Origin: Dermatophilaceae bacterium
GTDB lineage: Bacteria > Actinomycetota > Actinomycetes > Actinomycetales > Dermatophilaceae
Direction: 5' to 3'
Length of the DNA: 64,000 bases
Assembly: GCA_040006675.1 (NCBI GenBank)
Contig: JBDTWM010000002.1
Coordinates: 4,177 to 68,176 of the forward strand
Shown here: in pieces, positions 42,055 through 51,136 of the stretch
Numbering within the stretch: position 1 is the first letter of the stretch
Layout of the letters: each line of letters starts with the position of its first letter
The notes under the pieces: generated by a model
Seen by the model: only the letters and a program-made list of their open reading frames with translations
Database searches by the model: none
Told to the model about the DNA's origin: nothing
Position numbers and translations under genes: made by a program

Positions 42055-43074
42055 CTACCCGTCCACCTGCTCGTAAAAGCCCTCCGTGTGGATGCGTCGC
42101 TCCTCCGCGCCCAACACGTGGACGGCGTCGGCACACGCCTCTACGAACTCTGGCACACCGGCGATGAAGACGCTATGTTGCCGTAGCGATGGCATCAGGG
42201 CTGGCAAAATGTCCGGGATCCGCCCGTGACGCACACCTGGGACCTTCTCGCGGGTCAGCGTCGGCACGATGCGGAAGTTCGGGTGTTTGATCTCCCAGTA
42301 ATGCAGCAGCCCCAGGTCGTAAAGGTCGTCCCGCTGCCTCGCCGAGAAGATGAGCGTCACCGGCTCGCGGAAATCACGCCGGAGCGCCGCCTCCGCGAGC
42401 GACAGGATCGGCGCCAACCCCGACCCCGCAGCCAGACACAGGACCGGCGTCTCCTCGGACGGATCCCCGACGAACGTGCCGTGCGGACCCGACAGCTCCA
42501 CGCACTCCCCCGGGGCCACTGCGTGCAGCCAGGCGCTCGTCCGACCGTCGTCCACCCTGGTCACCTGCAAACGTAGCTCCCCGTCGGGGCGCGGCGCGCT
42601 CGCGAGCGAATAGGAGCGAGCTGGCATGCCGCGCGCAGGGTCCCCGACGCGCACGTACTGACCCGCCCAGTAGCGCATCGGCTCCGCCAGGGGGCGCAGG
42701 ACGAGTTCCGCGATCCGTGGCGTCCGCCGAACGTTGTCGACGACCACGAACCGCTGCCCCTCACGCACTGGGAACATGGCGGGCCGCGCGTCGGCGGTCC
42801 CCCACTCGATCTCCAACTCCGGAGACGTCAACTTCGCCATGCACATGAGCCCATAGCCCTCGGCGCGCTCCTCCGGCGAGAGGGCCATATCCAGGACGAA
42901 ACCCTGATCGAAGGCACCGGAGCGCACCTTCACCTTGCACTCCCCGCACGCGCCCGCGCGGCAGTTGTTAGACAAGGCATACCCGGCCCGCTCCAACGCC
43001 TCCAACACCGTATCCCCGGACTCGCACGACACCGCATGGGATGACGGATACAAGCGGATCCGCCCCATGGCCAT
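42055..43074 (-). CDS. 2Fe-2S ferredoxin:NAD(P)H/FAD reductase (oxygenase reductase type)
   Basis: CRAGACGEC...LMC, RSYS, GRTS, AAGSGLAP, TEGF. Confidence 0.9.
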   Translation of the reverse strand: MAMGRIRLYPSSHAVSCESGDTVLEALERAGYALSNNCRAGACGECKVKVRSGAFDQGFVLDMALSPEERAEGYGLMCMAKLTSPELEIEWGTADARPAMFPVREGQRFVVVDNVRRTPRIAELVLRPLAEPMRYWAGQYVRVGDPARGMPARSYSLASAPRPDGELRLQVTRVDDGRTSAWLHAVAPGECVELSGPHGTFVGDPSEETPVLCLAAGSGLAPILSLAEAALRRDFREPVTLIFSARQRDDLYDLGLLHYWEIKHPNFRIVPTLTREKVPGVRHGRIPDILPALMPSLRQHSVFIAGVPEFVEACADAVHVLGAEERRIHTEGFYEQVDG

Positions 43075-43134
43075 CACCTTCCAGCCCAACCCTCCAGCCA
43101 CCCGCCGGTCGGCGTGTGACCGCATCGTCGCCGT

Positions 43135-44163
43135 TCAGAAGACCGGGATGATGTCTTCCATGTCGACATCGGTGACCTCGACACCGGTGATCTCGACCTC
43201 GGGAATGGCCGGGAACGGGATGCCGTAGCGGTCTAGGACGCCCTTGAGGTTGAGCATCGCGCGACGCCAGTTCGCCTTCTTCTCCTCGTACTCGGGGATC
43301 GCGAAGCCAGCCTCCCGCGCCACCGACTCGCCGAGGCGCTGGTTGGTGATGAAGTCGTCCGGCAAATCCCAGAAGTCCGTCGGCGGCTCGAACAGGATGG
43401 CCGACAAGAACAGGTACCCGGCCCGGATCTGCTTGGTGATCAGGGCGTGGTCCTCGACATCGATCTTGGGGTAGTCGCGCTCCATGAGCGCCAGACAGAT
43501 GCCCATGTGACGCCCCTCGTCGCGGCCGATCCGCCGGAACGCCTCCTGGAAGACAGGCTCGGTGCATCCCGCGGCCATCTCGTGGAAGATCGTTGCGGCC
43601 GCGATCTCACCCATGAGGAACGAGGAGAACAGCACGGCCAGGCTGTACTTCGGGACGGCCTCCTTGTAACCCGCCCAGTAGCGACCACCGTTATGGAACA
43701 ACCAGAGGACGTTCTTTTGCAGCCGGTGCCCCAGCTCGGTCTTGGGAAGGTAGGTCGCCGGGTCGTCGTGCTCCAGCAAGGACGTGATGGCGAGTTTGCA
43801 CATCTGCTCGTGGACGCCCTCGTCGCGGGTGATGGAGAAGAAGCACCGCCGCACCACGTCGTCCTCGTGATCCTCGTACGTCTTCACGAACGCCGTGGCC
43901 ATCACGGGCGGCGCTGAGGCGTCGAACACGGCGCACAGCGTCCACCAGTACGCGATCGCCTCACGCTGCTCCCACGAGTACCGGTTCACGTCGAACCCGG
44001 CCCACGGCAACTGGGCGGGTTCCCACAATTCACGCAGTGAGGACTTCCAGATCTCCTCCATCTTGGGCGGGCCCTCCGGCCAGCTCAACGGGTAGATATT
44101 GGGCTGCTGGACCTCCGGCGGGAAGTCCTGCAAGTGCGCGATCTTCTCGTAGTGTTCGCTCAC
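43135..44163 (-). CDS. Ferritin-like (R2-fold) diiron protein of unknown function
   Basis: D81, E115/H118 (RDEGVH), E186, E216/H219 (RDEGRH). AGGAG precedes GTG 44163. Confidence 0.8.
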   Translation of the reverse strand: MSEHYEKIAHLQDFPPEVQQPNIYPLSWPEGPPKMEEIWKSSLRELWEPAQLPWAGFDVNRYSWEQREAIAYWWTLCAVFDASAPPVMATAFVKTYEDHEDDVVRRCFFSITRDEGVHEQMCKLAITSLLEHDDPATYLPKTELGHRLQKNVLWLFHNGGRYWAGYKEAVPKYSLAVLFSSFLMGEIAAATIFHEMAAGCTEPVFQEAFRRIGRDEGRHMGICLALMERDYPKIDVEDHALITKQIRAGYLFLSAILFEPPTDFWDLPDDFITNQRLGESVAREAGFAIPEYEEKKANWRRAMLNLKGVLDRYGIPFPAIPEVEITGVEVTDVDMEDIIPVF

Positions 44164-44288
44164 GGAGCATCTCCTGGTCGCCGTGCGCGCCGCGTCGGCG
44201 CGTCTGCGTGGTCGGCGCGGGGTGGCGCCCGGTCGGATCGGCGCGTCAGGCGCCGTCGGTACCAGAGTAGCGGTTCCTGCACCCCTTT

Positions 44289-44306
44289 ACTGACTCTCCA
44301 TTCGGT
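44289..44306. promoter_or_regulatory. Degenerate PaaR-type site in front of the diiron operon
   Basis: ACTG-ACTC-TC-CA-TT-CGGT, just upstream of a minus-strand TACTCT -10 candidate (44264-44269). Confidence 0.35.
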
Positions 44307-44412
44307 TTTTCGTCGACGGACGAGGATGAATCGTCGACCGGTATCCCCGCAGGCCGCGCCACCTGAGGTGACAGATCCCGCGACGCCGGAACATATCCCA
44401 GGGTCGCCGCGG

Positions 44413-44477
44413 TTGACAGGGAGGGGACGGCAACCCGACGATAAGAGCCGTCGCCGGCGACCGAACGCTCGGTCGCC
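44413..44477 (+). promoter_or_regulatory. paaH promoter with PaaR-type operator
   Basis: TTGACA at 44413-44418, -10 candidate GACGAT at 44437-44442, palindrome GGCG-ACCG-AA-CG-CT-CGGT-CGCC at 44456-44477. Confidence 0.7.
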
Positions 44478-44519
44478 GATCTGTCCTCTTCCCCCGCCGC
44501 CTCCCGTGAGGAAGTCGCC

Positions 44520-46040
44520 ATGGTCAACGCCCTGAAACCCGCCGAGACCGTCGGCGTCATCGGCGTCGGGACGATGGGCGCGGGGATCGCCCAGGTGGCG
44601 GCCGCGGCCGGGCACCCGGTCGTCCTGACGGACGTCGCGCCGGGCCGCGCCGCGCACGCCGTCGAACAGCTCCGCGCCACATTCGAGAAGCTGGCCGCCA
44701 AGGGCCGCATGACCCCGGAGGCGGCCGGCGAGTCCGTGGGACGGTTGAGCGTCGGCGACGACCTGGCCTCGCTGGCGGGCGCGTCCCTCATCATCGAGGC
44801 GGCCCTGGAACGACTCGACATCAAGACCCAGCTGTTCGCGCAGCTGGAGCAGATCGTGTCGCCGGACTGCATCCTCGCGACGAACACCTCCACGATCTCC
44901 ATCTCCGCGATCGCGGCTCCGCTTGAGCACGGCGGCCGCGTCGTCGGCATGCACTTCTTCAACCCCGCCCCCTTGATGCGCCTCGTCGAGGTGATCAACG
45001 GTCTGCGGACCGACCCCGACGCGATGGAGAGGGTCGCGCTCACCGCGACCGCATGGGGCAAGACCGCCATCAAGGTCGCGTCGACCCCGGGGTTCGTGGT
45101 CAATCGGGTGGCGCGCCCCTTCTACGGGGAGGCGCTTCGCGCGTACGAGGAACGGACGGCGTCTGCGGCCACGATCGACGCGGTGGTGCGCGAATCCGGG
45201 GGCTTCCGGATGGGCCCGCTCGAGCTCACGGACCTGATCGGCCAGGACATCAACTACGCGTCCGCCCGCAGCGTGTGGGAGGGGTTCGGGTTCGACCCCC
45301 GGTACTCCCCCTCACTGACCCAGGGGGAGCTCGTCGCCGCTGGTCTGCTCGGGCGCAAGACCGGCCGCGGGTTCTACACCTACGACGGGTCGGCCCACCC
45401 CGAACCGACATCGGCAGCTCCAACTCCTGCCCCGTCCCACATCGACGTGAGCGGCGAGTGGGGTCCCTGGGAACCGCTGTGGACTCGGATCGCCGAAGCT
45501 GGGGTCGATGTACGGCGGGGCGAGCCCGATGGCCCCCCCGCGGCACGTACGGCCGGCGCCAGCCTCGTACCCGTCAGCGGACCGACCGCCACCGAGATCG
45601 CCGCTGCCTGCGGCCGACCCACTGTCGTGCTGGACCTCGCCCTCGATGTCGCCACCGCCACGCGTCTCGCGGTGGCCCCCTCCGACGATTGCCCGACCGA
45701 GGCCCTCGCCGAGGTCGTCGGTGTCCTCCAGGCGAGCGGGGCGGCGGTCAGCGTGATCGATGACCTCCCCGGAATGCTCGTGGCCCGCACCGTGGCCATG
45801 CTCGTCAACGAGGCCGCGGACGTCGCCGCTCGCGGGGTGGCCAGCCCGGCGGACGTCGACGCCGCGATGCGACTCGGGGCGAACTACCCCAAGGGACCTC
45901 TGGAGTGGGGCGATACAGTGGGGGCGCGGTGGATTCAGAACCTCCTGACGAGCCTCGGAACCCACTACGGAGACGGTCGCTACCGCCCGTGCCCCCTCCT
46001 GCGTCGCACCGCCCTGACCGGCGGGAAGCTGAGCGCCTGA
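44520..46040 (+). CDS. paaH: 3-hydroxyacyl-CoA dehydrogenase (PaaH)
   Basis: GVGTMGAGIA, ATNTS, GMHFFNPAP, GFRMGP, duplicated C-terminal domain with ANYPKGP. Confidence 0.9.
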   Translation: MVNALKPAETVGVIGVGTMGAGIAQVAAAAGHPVVLTDVAPGRAAHAVEQLRATFEKLAAKGRMTPEAAGESVGRLSVGDDLASLAGASLIIEAALERLDIKTQLFAQLEQIVSPDCILATNTSTISISAIAAPLEHGGRVVGMHFFNPAPLMRLVEVINGLRTDPDAMERVALTATAWGKTAIKVASTPGFVVNRVARPFYGEALRAYEERTASAATIDAVVRESGGFRMGPLELTDLIGQDINYASARSVWEGFGFDPRYSPSLTQGELVAAGLLGRKTGRGFYTYDGSAHPEPTSAAPTPAPSHIDVSGEWGPWEPLWTRIAEAGVDVRRGEPDGPPAARTAGASLVPVSGPTATEIAAACGRPTVVLDLALDVATATRLAVAPSDDCPTEALAEVVGVLQASGAAVSVIDDLPGMLVARTVAMLVNEAADVAARGVASPADVDAAMRLGANYPKGPLEWGDTVGARWIQNLLTSLGTHYGDGRYRPCPLLRRTALTGGKLSA

Positions 46041-46136
46041 CCTCGACCGAGCAGCCAGCTGGGACACCCAGCTCGTCGCAGCCGCACCCGCAGCCCCCTA
46101 CGCCCGACGTCACCCGCCCACGAACGGAGACCCTCC

Positions 46137-47333
46137 TTGGATGCCTTCCTGGTAGCCGGTACCCGCACCCCCATCGGCCGGTACGGCGGGGCGCTCGCGC
46201 CCGTCCGCCCCGACGACCTCGCAGCGCACGCGATGCGCGCGCTCGCTGAGACCTTTCCCAGTGTCGACTGGGAGGCTGTCGACGATGTGCTCCTCGGCTG
46301 CGCCAACCAGGCCGGGGAGGACAACCGCGATGTCGCCCGCATGGCCGTCCTCCTCGCCGGGCTCCCCGTCGGGATCTCGGGGACGACCGTGAACCGCTTG
46401 TGCGGTTCGGGCGCGGACGCCGTCGGTCTGGCCGCCCGGACGATCCGGGCCGGCGACGCGGACCTCATCATCGCCGGCGGCGTCGAGTCGATGAGCCGGG
46501 CTCCGTTCGTGATGCCGAAGGCAACATCCGCGTACAGTCGTAGCAATGCCGTGTACGACACGACGATCGGCTGGCGCTTCGTGAACCCGGTCCTGAAGGA
46601 ACGGTTCGGCGTCGACACCATGCCGGAGACCGCGGAGAACGTCGCGCGGGACTTCGGGGTCAGCCGCGAGGACCAGGACGCGTTCGCGCTGCGCAGCCAG
46701 ACCCGGACTGCGGCCGCGATAGCGGCAGGTCGTCTCGGGCGGGAGATCACGCCGGTCCTCGTGCCGCAGCGCAAGGGCGACCCGGTGATCGTCGACACGG
46801 ACGAGCACCCCCGCGCCACCACCCTGGAGTCGCTCGCGCGTCTGCGACCGCTCTTCAAAGATGGCACGGTCACGGCCGGCAACGCGTCGGGCGTGAACGA
46901 CGGAGCGGCGGCGTTGCTGATCGCTTCGGACCGCGCGGTGGAGAAGTACGGCCTCACGCCCCTGGCGCGAATCACGTCCATGGCGACCGTCGGCGTTGCG
47001 CCGCGGATCATGGGCATCGGACCGGACCCGGCGATGAAGAAGCTCCTCGCGCGCAACGGGCTGGCCATCGGGGACATCGACGTGATCGAGCTCAACGAGG
47101 CATTCGCGTCGCAGTCGCTCGCTGTGCTTCGCGGGCTCGGGCTGCCCGACGACGCGGAGCACGTCAACCCCAACGGTGGGGCGATCGCTCTCGGTCACCC
47201 GCTCGGCATGACCGGTGCCCGGTTGGCGCTGACCGCCGCCATCGAGTTGGGCATTCGCGACGTCCGTCGCGCGGTGGCGACGATGTGCGTCGGCGTGGGT
47301 CAGGGCGTGGCCCTCCTGCTCGAGCGACCCTGA
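46137..47333 (+). CDS. paaJ: 3-oxoadipyl-CoA/3-oxo-5,6-dehydrosuberyl-CoA thiolase
   Basis: RTPIGRYGG, NQAGEDNR, NRLCGSG, GHPLG, MCVGVGQG. TTG start. Confidence 0.88.
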   Translation: MDAFLVAGTRTPIGRYGGALAPVRPDDLAAHAMRALAETFPSVDWEAVDDVLLGCANQAGEDNRDVARMAVLLAGLPVGISGTTVNRLCGSGADAVGLAARTIRAGDADLIIAGGVESMSRAPFVMPKATSAYSRSNAVYDTTIGWRFVNPVLKERFGVDTMPETAENVARDFGVSREDQDAFALRSQTRTAAAIAAGRLGREITPVLVPQRKGDPVIVDTDEHPRATTLESLARLRPLFKDGTVTAGNASGVNDGAAALLIASDRAVEKYGLTPLARITSMATVGVAPRIMGIGPDPAMKKLLARNGLAIGDIDVIELNEAFASQSLAVLRGLGLPDDAEHVNPNGGAIALGHPLGMTGARLALTAAIELGIRDVRRAVATMCVGVGQGVALLLERP

Positions 47334-47356
47334 GAGACTAATCTCATACCGACTGG

Positions 47357-47401
47357 TTGACAGATCCGAAGACACAATGAAAAACTGACTGAACGTTCGG
47401 T
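47357..47401 (+). promoter_or_regulatory. paaA promoter with PaaR-type operator
   Basis: TTGACA at 47357-47362. ACTG-ACTG-AA-CG-TT-CGGT at 47384-47401 overlaps the expected -10 position. Confidence 0.72.
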
Positions 47402-47416
47402 ACCCAAGGAGTTCCA

Positions 47417-48412
47417 GTGTACGGAAATTACGACACCGAAACCCCTGCCAATGCCGCGAATGGCTCGGCGGAGCAGGAGGCCTACTTCAACCAGCTGATC
47501 GCCGACGATCAGCGGATCGAGCCCCGGGACTGGATGCCCGAGGCTTACCGCAAGACCCTGGTCCGCCAGATCGCCCAGCATGCGCACTCCGAGATCATCG
47601 GCATGCAGCCGGAGGGCAACTGGATCAGCCGGGCGCCGAGTCTGCGCCGCAAGGCCATCCTCATCGCCAAGGTCCAGGACGAGGGCGGCCACGGGCTGTA
47701 CCTCTACTCCGCGGCCGAGACGCTCGGGGTGGACCGCGACGACCTGCTCGACATGCTCCACACCGGCCGTCAGAAGTACTCGACCATCTTCAACTACCCG
47801 ACCCTCACGTGGGCCGACGTGGGCGCGGTCGGATGGCTGGTCGACGGGGCCGCGATCATGAATCAGGTGCCGTTGTGCCGGTGCTCATACGGGCCGTACG
47901 CGCGAGCGATGGTGCGCGTCTGCAAGGAAGAGTCGTTCCACCAGCGGCAGGGCTTCGAGCTCCTCTACACCCTGGCCAAGGGGACCCCGGAGCAGAAAGA
48001 GATGGCGCAGGACGCGATCAACCGCTTCTGGTGGCCGGCCCTGATGATGTTCGGACCCTCCGACACCGACTCGCCGCATTCGGCGCAGTCGATGGCGTGG
48101 GGCATCAAGCGCTTCAGCAACGACGAACTGCGGCAGCGCTTCGTGGACATGTCCGTCCCCCAGGCCGAGGTACTCGGTCTGAGCCTGCCGGACGAGCACC
48201 TGCGCTGGAACGAGGAGCGCGGCCACTACGACTTCGGCGAGATCGACTGGGCCGAGTTCAAGCGGGTCGTGTCCGGTGACGGGCCGTGCAACGTGCAGCG
48301 CATGCGCAAGCGCCTGAAGGCCCATGAGGAGGGCGCCTGGGTCCGGGAGGCCGCCGAGGCCTATGCGGCGAAGCGGAGCCGACGCGAACTCTTGGAGGCG
48401 GCAGCATCATGA
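47417..48412 (+). CDS. paaA: Phenylacetyl-CoA epoxidase subunit A
   Basis: [37 protein letters not shown]. Confidence 0.96.
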   Translation: MYGNYDTETPANAANGSAEQEAYFNQLIADDQRIEPRDWMPEAYRKTLVRQIAQHAHSEIIGMQPEGNWISRAPSLRRKAILIAKVQDEGGHGLYLYSAAETLGVDRDDLLDMLHTGRQKYSTIFNYPTLTWADVGAVGWLVDGAAIMNQVPLCRCSYGPYARAMVRVCKEESFHQRQGFELLYTLAKGTPEQKEMAQDAINRFWWPALMMFGPSDTDSPHSAQSMAWGIKRFSNDELRQRFVDMSVPQAEVLGLSLPDEHLRWNEERGHYDFGEIDWAEFKRVVSGDGPCNVQRMRKRLKAHEEGAWVREAAEAYAAKRSRRELLEAAAS

Positions 48413-48732
48413 CCGAAGGACAGACGAACTCGCCGGCGGGGTCGACCAACCGGGGCTCCTGGCCGCTCTGGGAGGTCTTTGTCCGCGCCAAGCGCGGCTT
48501 GTCCCACCACCACGTGGGCAGCCTGCACGCGCCGGACGCCCAACTGGCCTTGCACAACGCGCGCGACGCCTACACCCGCCGGTCCGAGGGCGTGTCCTTG
48601 TGGGTCGTGCCGTCGAGCGCGATCGTTGCGAACAGCCCCGACGAGAAGGACTCCTTCTTCGATCCGTCCATGGACAAGCCGTACCGACACCCGACGTTCT
48701 ATGACGTGCCGGAAGGAGCGGAGCACCTGTGA
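48409..48732 (+). CDS. paaB: Phenylacetyl-CoA epoxidase subunit B
   Basis: [35 protein letters not shown]. Confidence 0.96.
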   Translation: MTEGQTNSPAGSTNRGSWPLWEVFVRAKRGLSHHHVGSLHAPDAQLALHNARDAYTRRSEGVSLWVVPSSAIVANSPDEKDSFFDPSMDKPYRHPTFYDVPEGAEHL

Positions 48733-49499
48733 CCGTCATCAGCACCTCCACGAAGCTCGCGCCGCTGTCGCGGTACGCGCTGGGATTGGGCGACGACGCC
48801 CTCGTTCTGGCCCAGCGCCTCGGCGACTGGGTCGCGGACGCGCCCCAGATCGAAGAGGATCTGGCGATGGGCAACATCGCGCTGGATCTGCTCGGCCAGG
48901 CGCGGTCCTTGCTCACGTACGCGGGTGAGGTCGAAGGTGCCGGGCGCGACGAGGACGACCTCGCGTTCTTGCGCAACGACGCCGACTTCCTCAACGTCCA
49001 CCTGGTGGAGGCGCCGAACGGCGACTTCGCCTTCTCGATGGCGCGCCAGCTCGTGTTCTCCGCCTATCAGTACGAGCTCTATTCCGCGCTGCTCGGGTCC
49101 AGCGACCAGATGTTGGCCGGCGTGGCCGGCAAGGCGGTCAAGGAGGTCAGCTACCACCGGGAGCACGCCACGTTGTGGGTGCTGCGACTCGGCGACGGCA
49201 CGGAGCTGTCCCACCAGCGGATGCAGACCGGGTTGGACGATGTCTGGCCCTATGTCGACGAGCTCTTCGATGCCAGCGACGTCGTGGCGCAGCTGCCCTC
49301 CGTGGCGGTGGACCCCGCGAGCCTGCGTGCGCCGTGGCAGGCGTACATCGGACCGGTCCTCGCCGAGGCCGGCCTCACCGTGCCCGAGTTCACGTGGCGT
49401 TCCCGCGGAGGCCGCGACGGATACCACTCCGAGCATCTGGGGCACCTACTGGCCGAGATGCAGCACCTGCACCGCTCACACCCGGGAGCCACGTGGTGA
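48729..49499 (+). CDS. paaC: Phenylacetyl-CoA epoxidase subunit C
   Basis: LGDDALVLAQRL, APQIEEDLA, KEVSYH, HSEHLGHLLAEMQ. Confidence 0.96.
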   Translation: MTVISTSTKLAPLSRYALGLGDDALVLAQRLGDWVADAPQIEEDLAMGNIALDLLGQARSLLTYAGEVEGAGRDEDDLAFLRNDADFLNVHLVEAPNGDFAFSMARQLVFSAYQYELYSALLGSSDQMLAGVAGKAVKEVSYHREHATLWVLRLGDGTELSHQRMQTGLDDVWPYVDELFDASDVVAQLPSVAVDPASLRAPWQAYIGPVLAEAGLTVPEFTWRSRGGRDGYHSEHLGHLLAEMQHLHRSHPGATW

Positions 49500-49987
49500 G
49501 CAACTCATCGCTGACCTCGCCTCACCTCGACGCGCTGATCGTCGCGGCCAAGGCCGTCCCCGACCCAGAGATCCCCGTGCTGTCACTGGGAGATCTGGGG
49601 GTGATCCGCGATGTGCGCATCGCTGACGACGGCAGCGTCGACGTCGACATGACGCCGACCTATTCTGGGTGCCCGGCCACGGCGGTGATGGCGCAGGACG
49701 TCACGACTGCCCTCCGGGCCTGCGGCGCATCAGAGGTGCGGGTGCGCACCGTTCTCTCCCCCGCGTGGACGAGTGACTGGATCAGCGAGGAGGGGCGGGA
49801 GAAGCTGCGCGGTTACGGCATCGCGCCTCCCGGCCGGGCGACACTGCCCCTCGCCACGTCGGTCCGATGCCCTCGCTGCGACTCGAGCGACACCATAGAG
49901 GTGAGCCGCTTCGGCTCCACCCCCTGCAAGTCCTTGTGGACGTGCCGCTCCTGTAGCGAACCCTTCGATTTCTTCAAGGCGATCTGA
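49496..49987 (+). CDS. paaD: Phenylacetyl-CoA epoxidase subunit D
   Basis: VPDPEIP, TPTYSGCPA, WTSDW, CPRC, FGSTPCK, EPFDFFK. GTG at 49496 overlaps the paaC stop. Confidence 0.94.
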   Translation: MSNSSLTSPHLDALIVAAKAVPDPEIPVLSLGDLGVIRDVRIADDGSVDVDMTPTYSGCPATAVMAQDVTTALRACGASEVRVRTVLSPAWTSDWISEEGREKLRGYGIAPPGRATLPLATSVRCPRCDSSDTIEVSRFGSTPCKSLWTCRSCSEPFDFFKAI

Positions 49988-51123
49988 TGGTTGACACGGC
50001 GACTCCCGGGCAGGCCGACCTGCCCACCACTTCTCCTGTCGGACGCCGCCACCTGACGTTCCACACGTTGCGCGTGGCGGCGGTCGACCGGCTGACCGAG
50101 GACGCCGTCGCGGTGACCTTCGATGTGCCGGCGGAACTGCGCGAGCAGTTCCAGTTCAAGCCGGGCCAGCACGTGTCGGTGCGCTCCAAGGTCCTCGGCG
50201 ATCGTGTCCGTCGCAACTACTCGATCTGCGCGCCCGCCGGCTCCGGCAGGCTCCGGATCGGCGTGAAGAGAATCCCGAACGGCGTGTTCTCCGGATTCGC
50301 CACAGAGAAGCTCCTCGCCGGCGACGTCCTGGACGTGCTGACCCCCTCCGGCAGCTTCACCATCGACCCTGACGCCACCCGTGCGCACCACTACGGCGCG
50401 ATCGCGGCGGGCTCTGGGATCACGCCCGTCCTGTCGATCCTGTCCACGGCCCTGGAGCAGGAGCCGCACAGCAGGGCGACGCTGATCTACGTCAACCGCA
50501 CCACCTCGAACATCATGTTCTTGGAGGAGCTGGAAGACCTGAAGAACGCATACCCGTCGAGGTTCCAGCTCATCCACGTTCTCGACTACGAAACTGTCGA
50601 CGTCGACATCCTGTCGGGACGGTTGGACGCCGACCGGCTCAACCGCATCCTGCACCACCTGATCCAGGCCGATGAGATCGACGACTGGTTCCTGTGCGGC
50701 CCGCTGCCGATGACGGATGCCGCGCGCCAGGTGCTGATGGACGCAGGCGCGGACCCCGAGCACATCCACCGTGAGTTGTTCCACGTCGGGGGTCCGGCCG
50801 TCGCGTCAGCCGCCCCGCCACCGGACGAGGCGGCCACCAAGATCGGCTCATCGGTGACCGTCATGCTCGACGGTCGCTCGCAGAGCTTCATCCTCGCGCC
50901 GAACGGACCCGCGATCCTCGACGCGCTCATAGAATTCCGCCCCGACGCCCCGTACGCCTGCAAGAACGGCGTCTGTGGCACCTGCCGGGCCAAGGTCATG
51001 TCCGGCGACGTCTCGATGGACAGCAACTTCGCGCTGGAACCCTATGAGATGGCGGCCGGCTTCGTGCTGACCTGCCAAGCCCATCCGGTCAGTGACCACG
51101 TGACCGTCGACTTCGACCAGTAG
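49987..51123 (+). CDS. paaE: Phenylacetyl-CoA epoxidase reductase subunit E
   Basis: RRNYSIC, AAGSGITP, FLCGP, C-terminal CKNGVCGTC...LTCQ. Confidence 0.94.
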   Translation: MVDTATPGQADLPTTSPVGRRHLTFHTLRVAAVDRLTEDAVAVTFDVPAELREQFQFKPGQHVSVRSKVLGDRVRRNYSICAPAGSGRLRIGVKRIPNGVFSGFATEKLLAGDVLDVLTPSGSFTIDPDATRAHHYGAIAAGSGITPVLSILSTALEQEPHSRATLIYVNRTTSNIMFLEELEDLKNAYPSRFQLIHVLDYETVDVDILSGRLDADRLNRILHHLIQADEIDDWFLCGPLPMTDAARQVLMDAGADPEHIHRELFHVGGPAVASAAPPPDEAATKIGSSVTVMLDGRSQSFILAPNGPAILDALIEFRPDAPYACKNGVCGTCRAKVMSGDVSMDSNFALEPYEMAAGFVLTCQAHPVSDHVTVDFDQ

Positions 51124-51136
51124 GAGACGGTGAGAG

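Noticed and set aside
43135-44163. Ribonucleotide reductase small subunit
   Set aside because: No radical Tyr (C122), no R1/nrdI/nrdH nearby, and a dedicated oxygenase-type reductase is adjacent.
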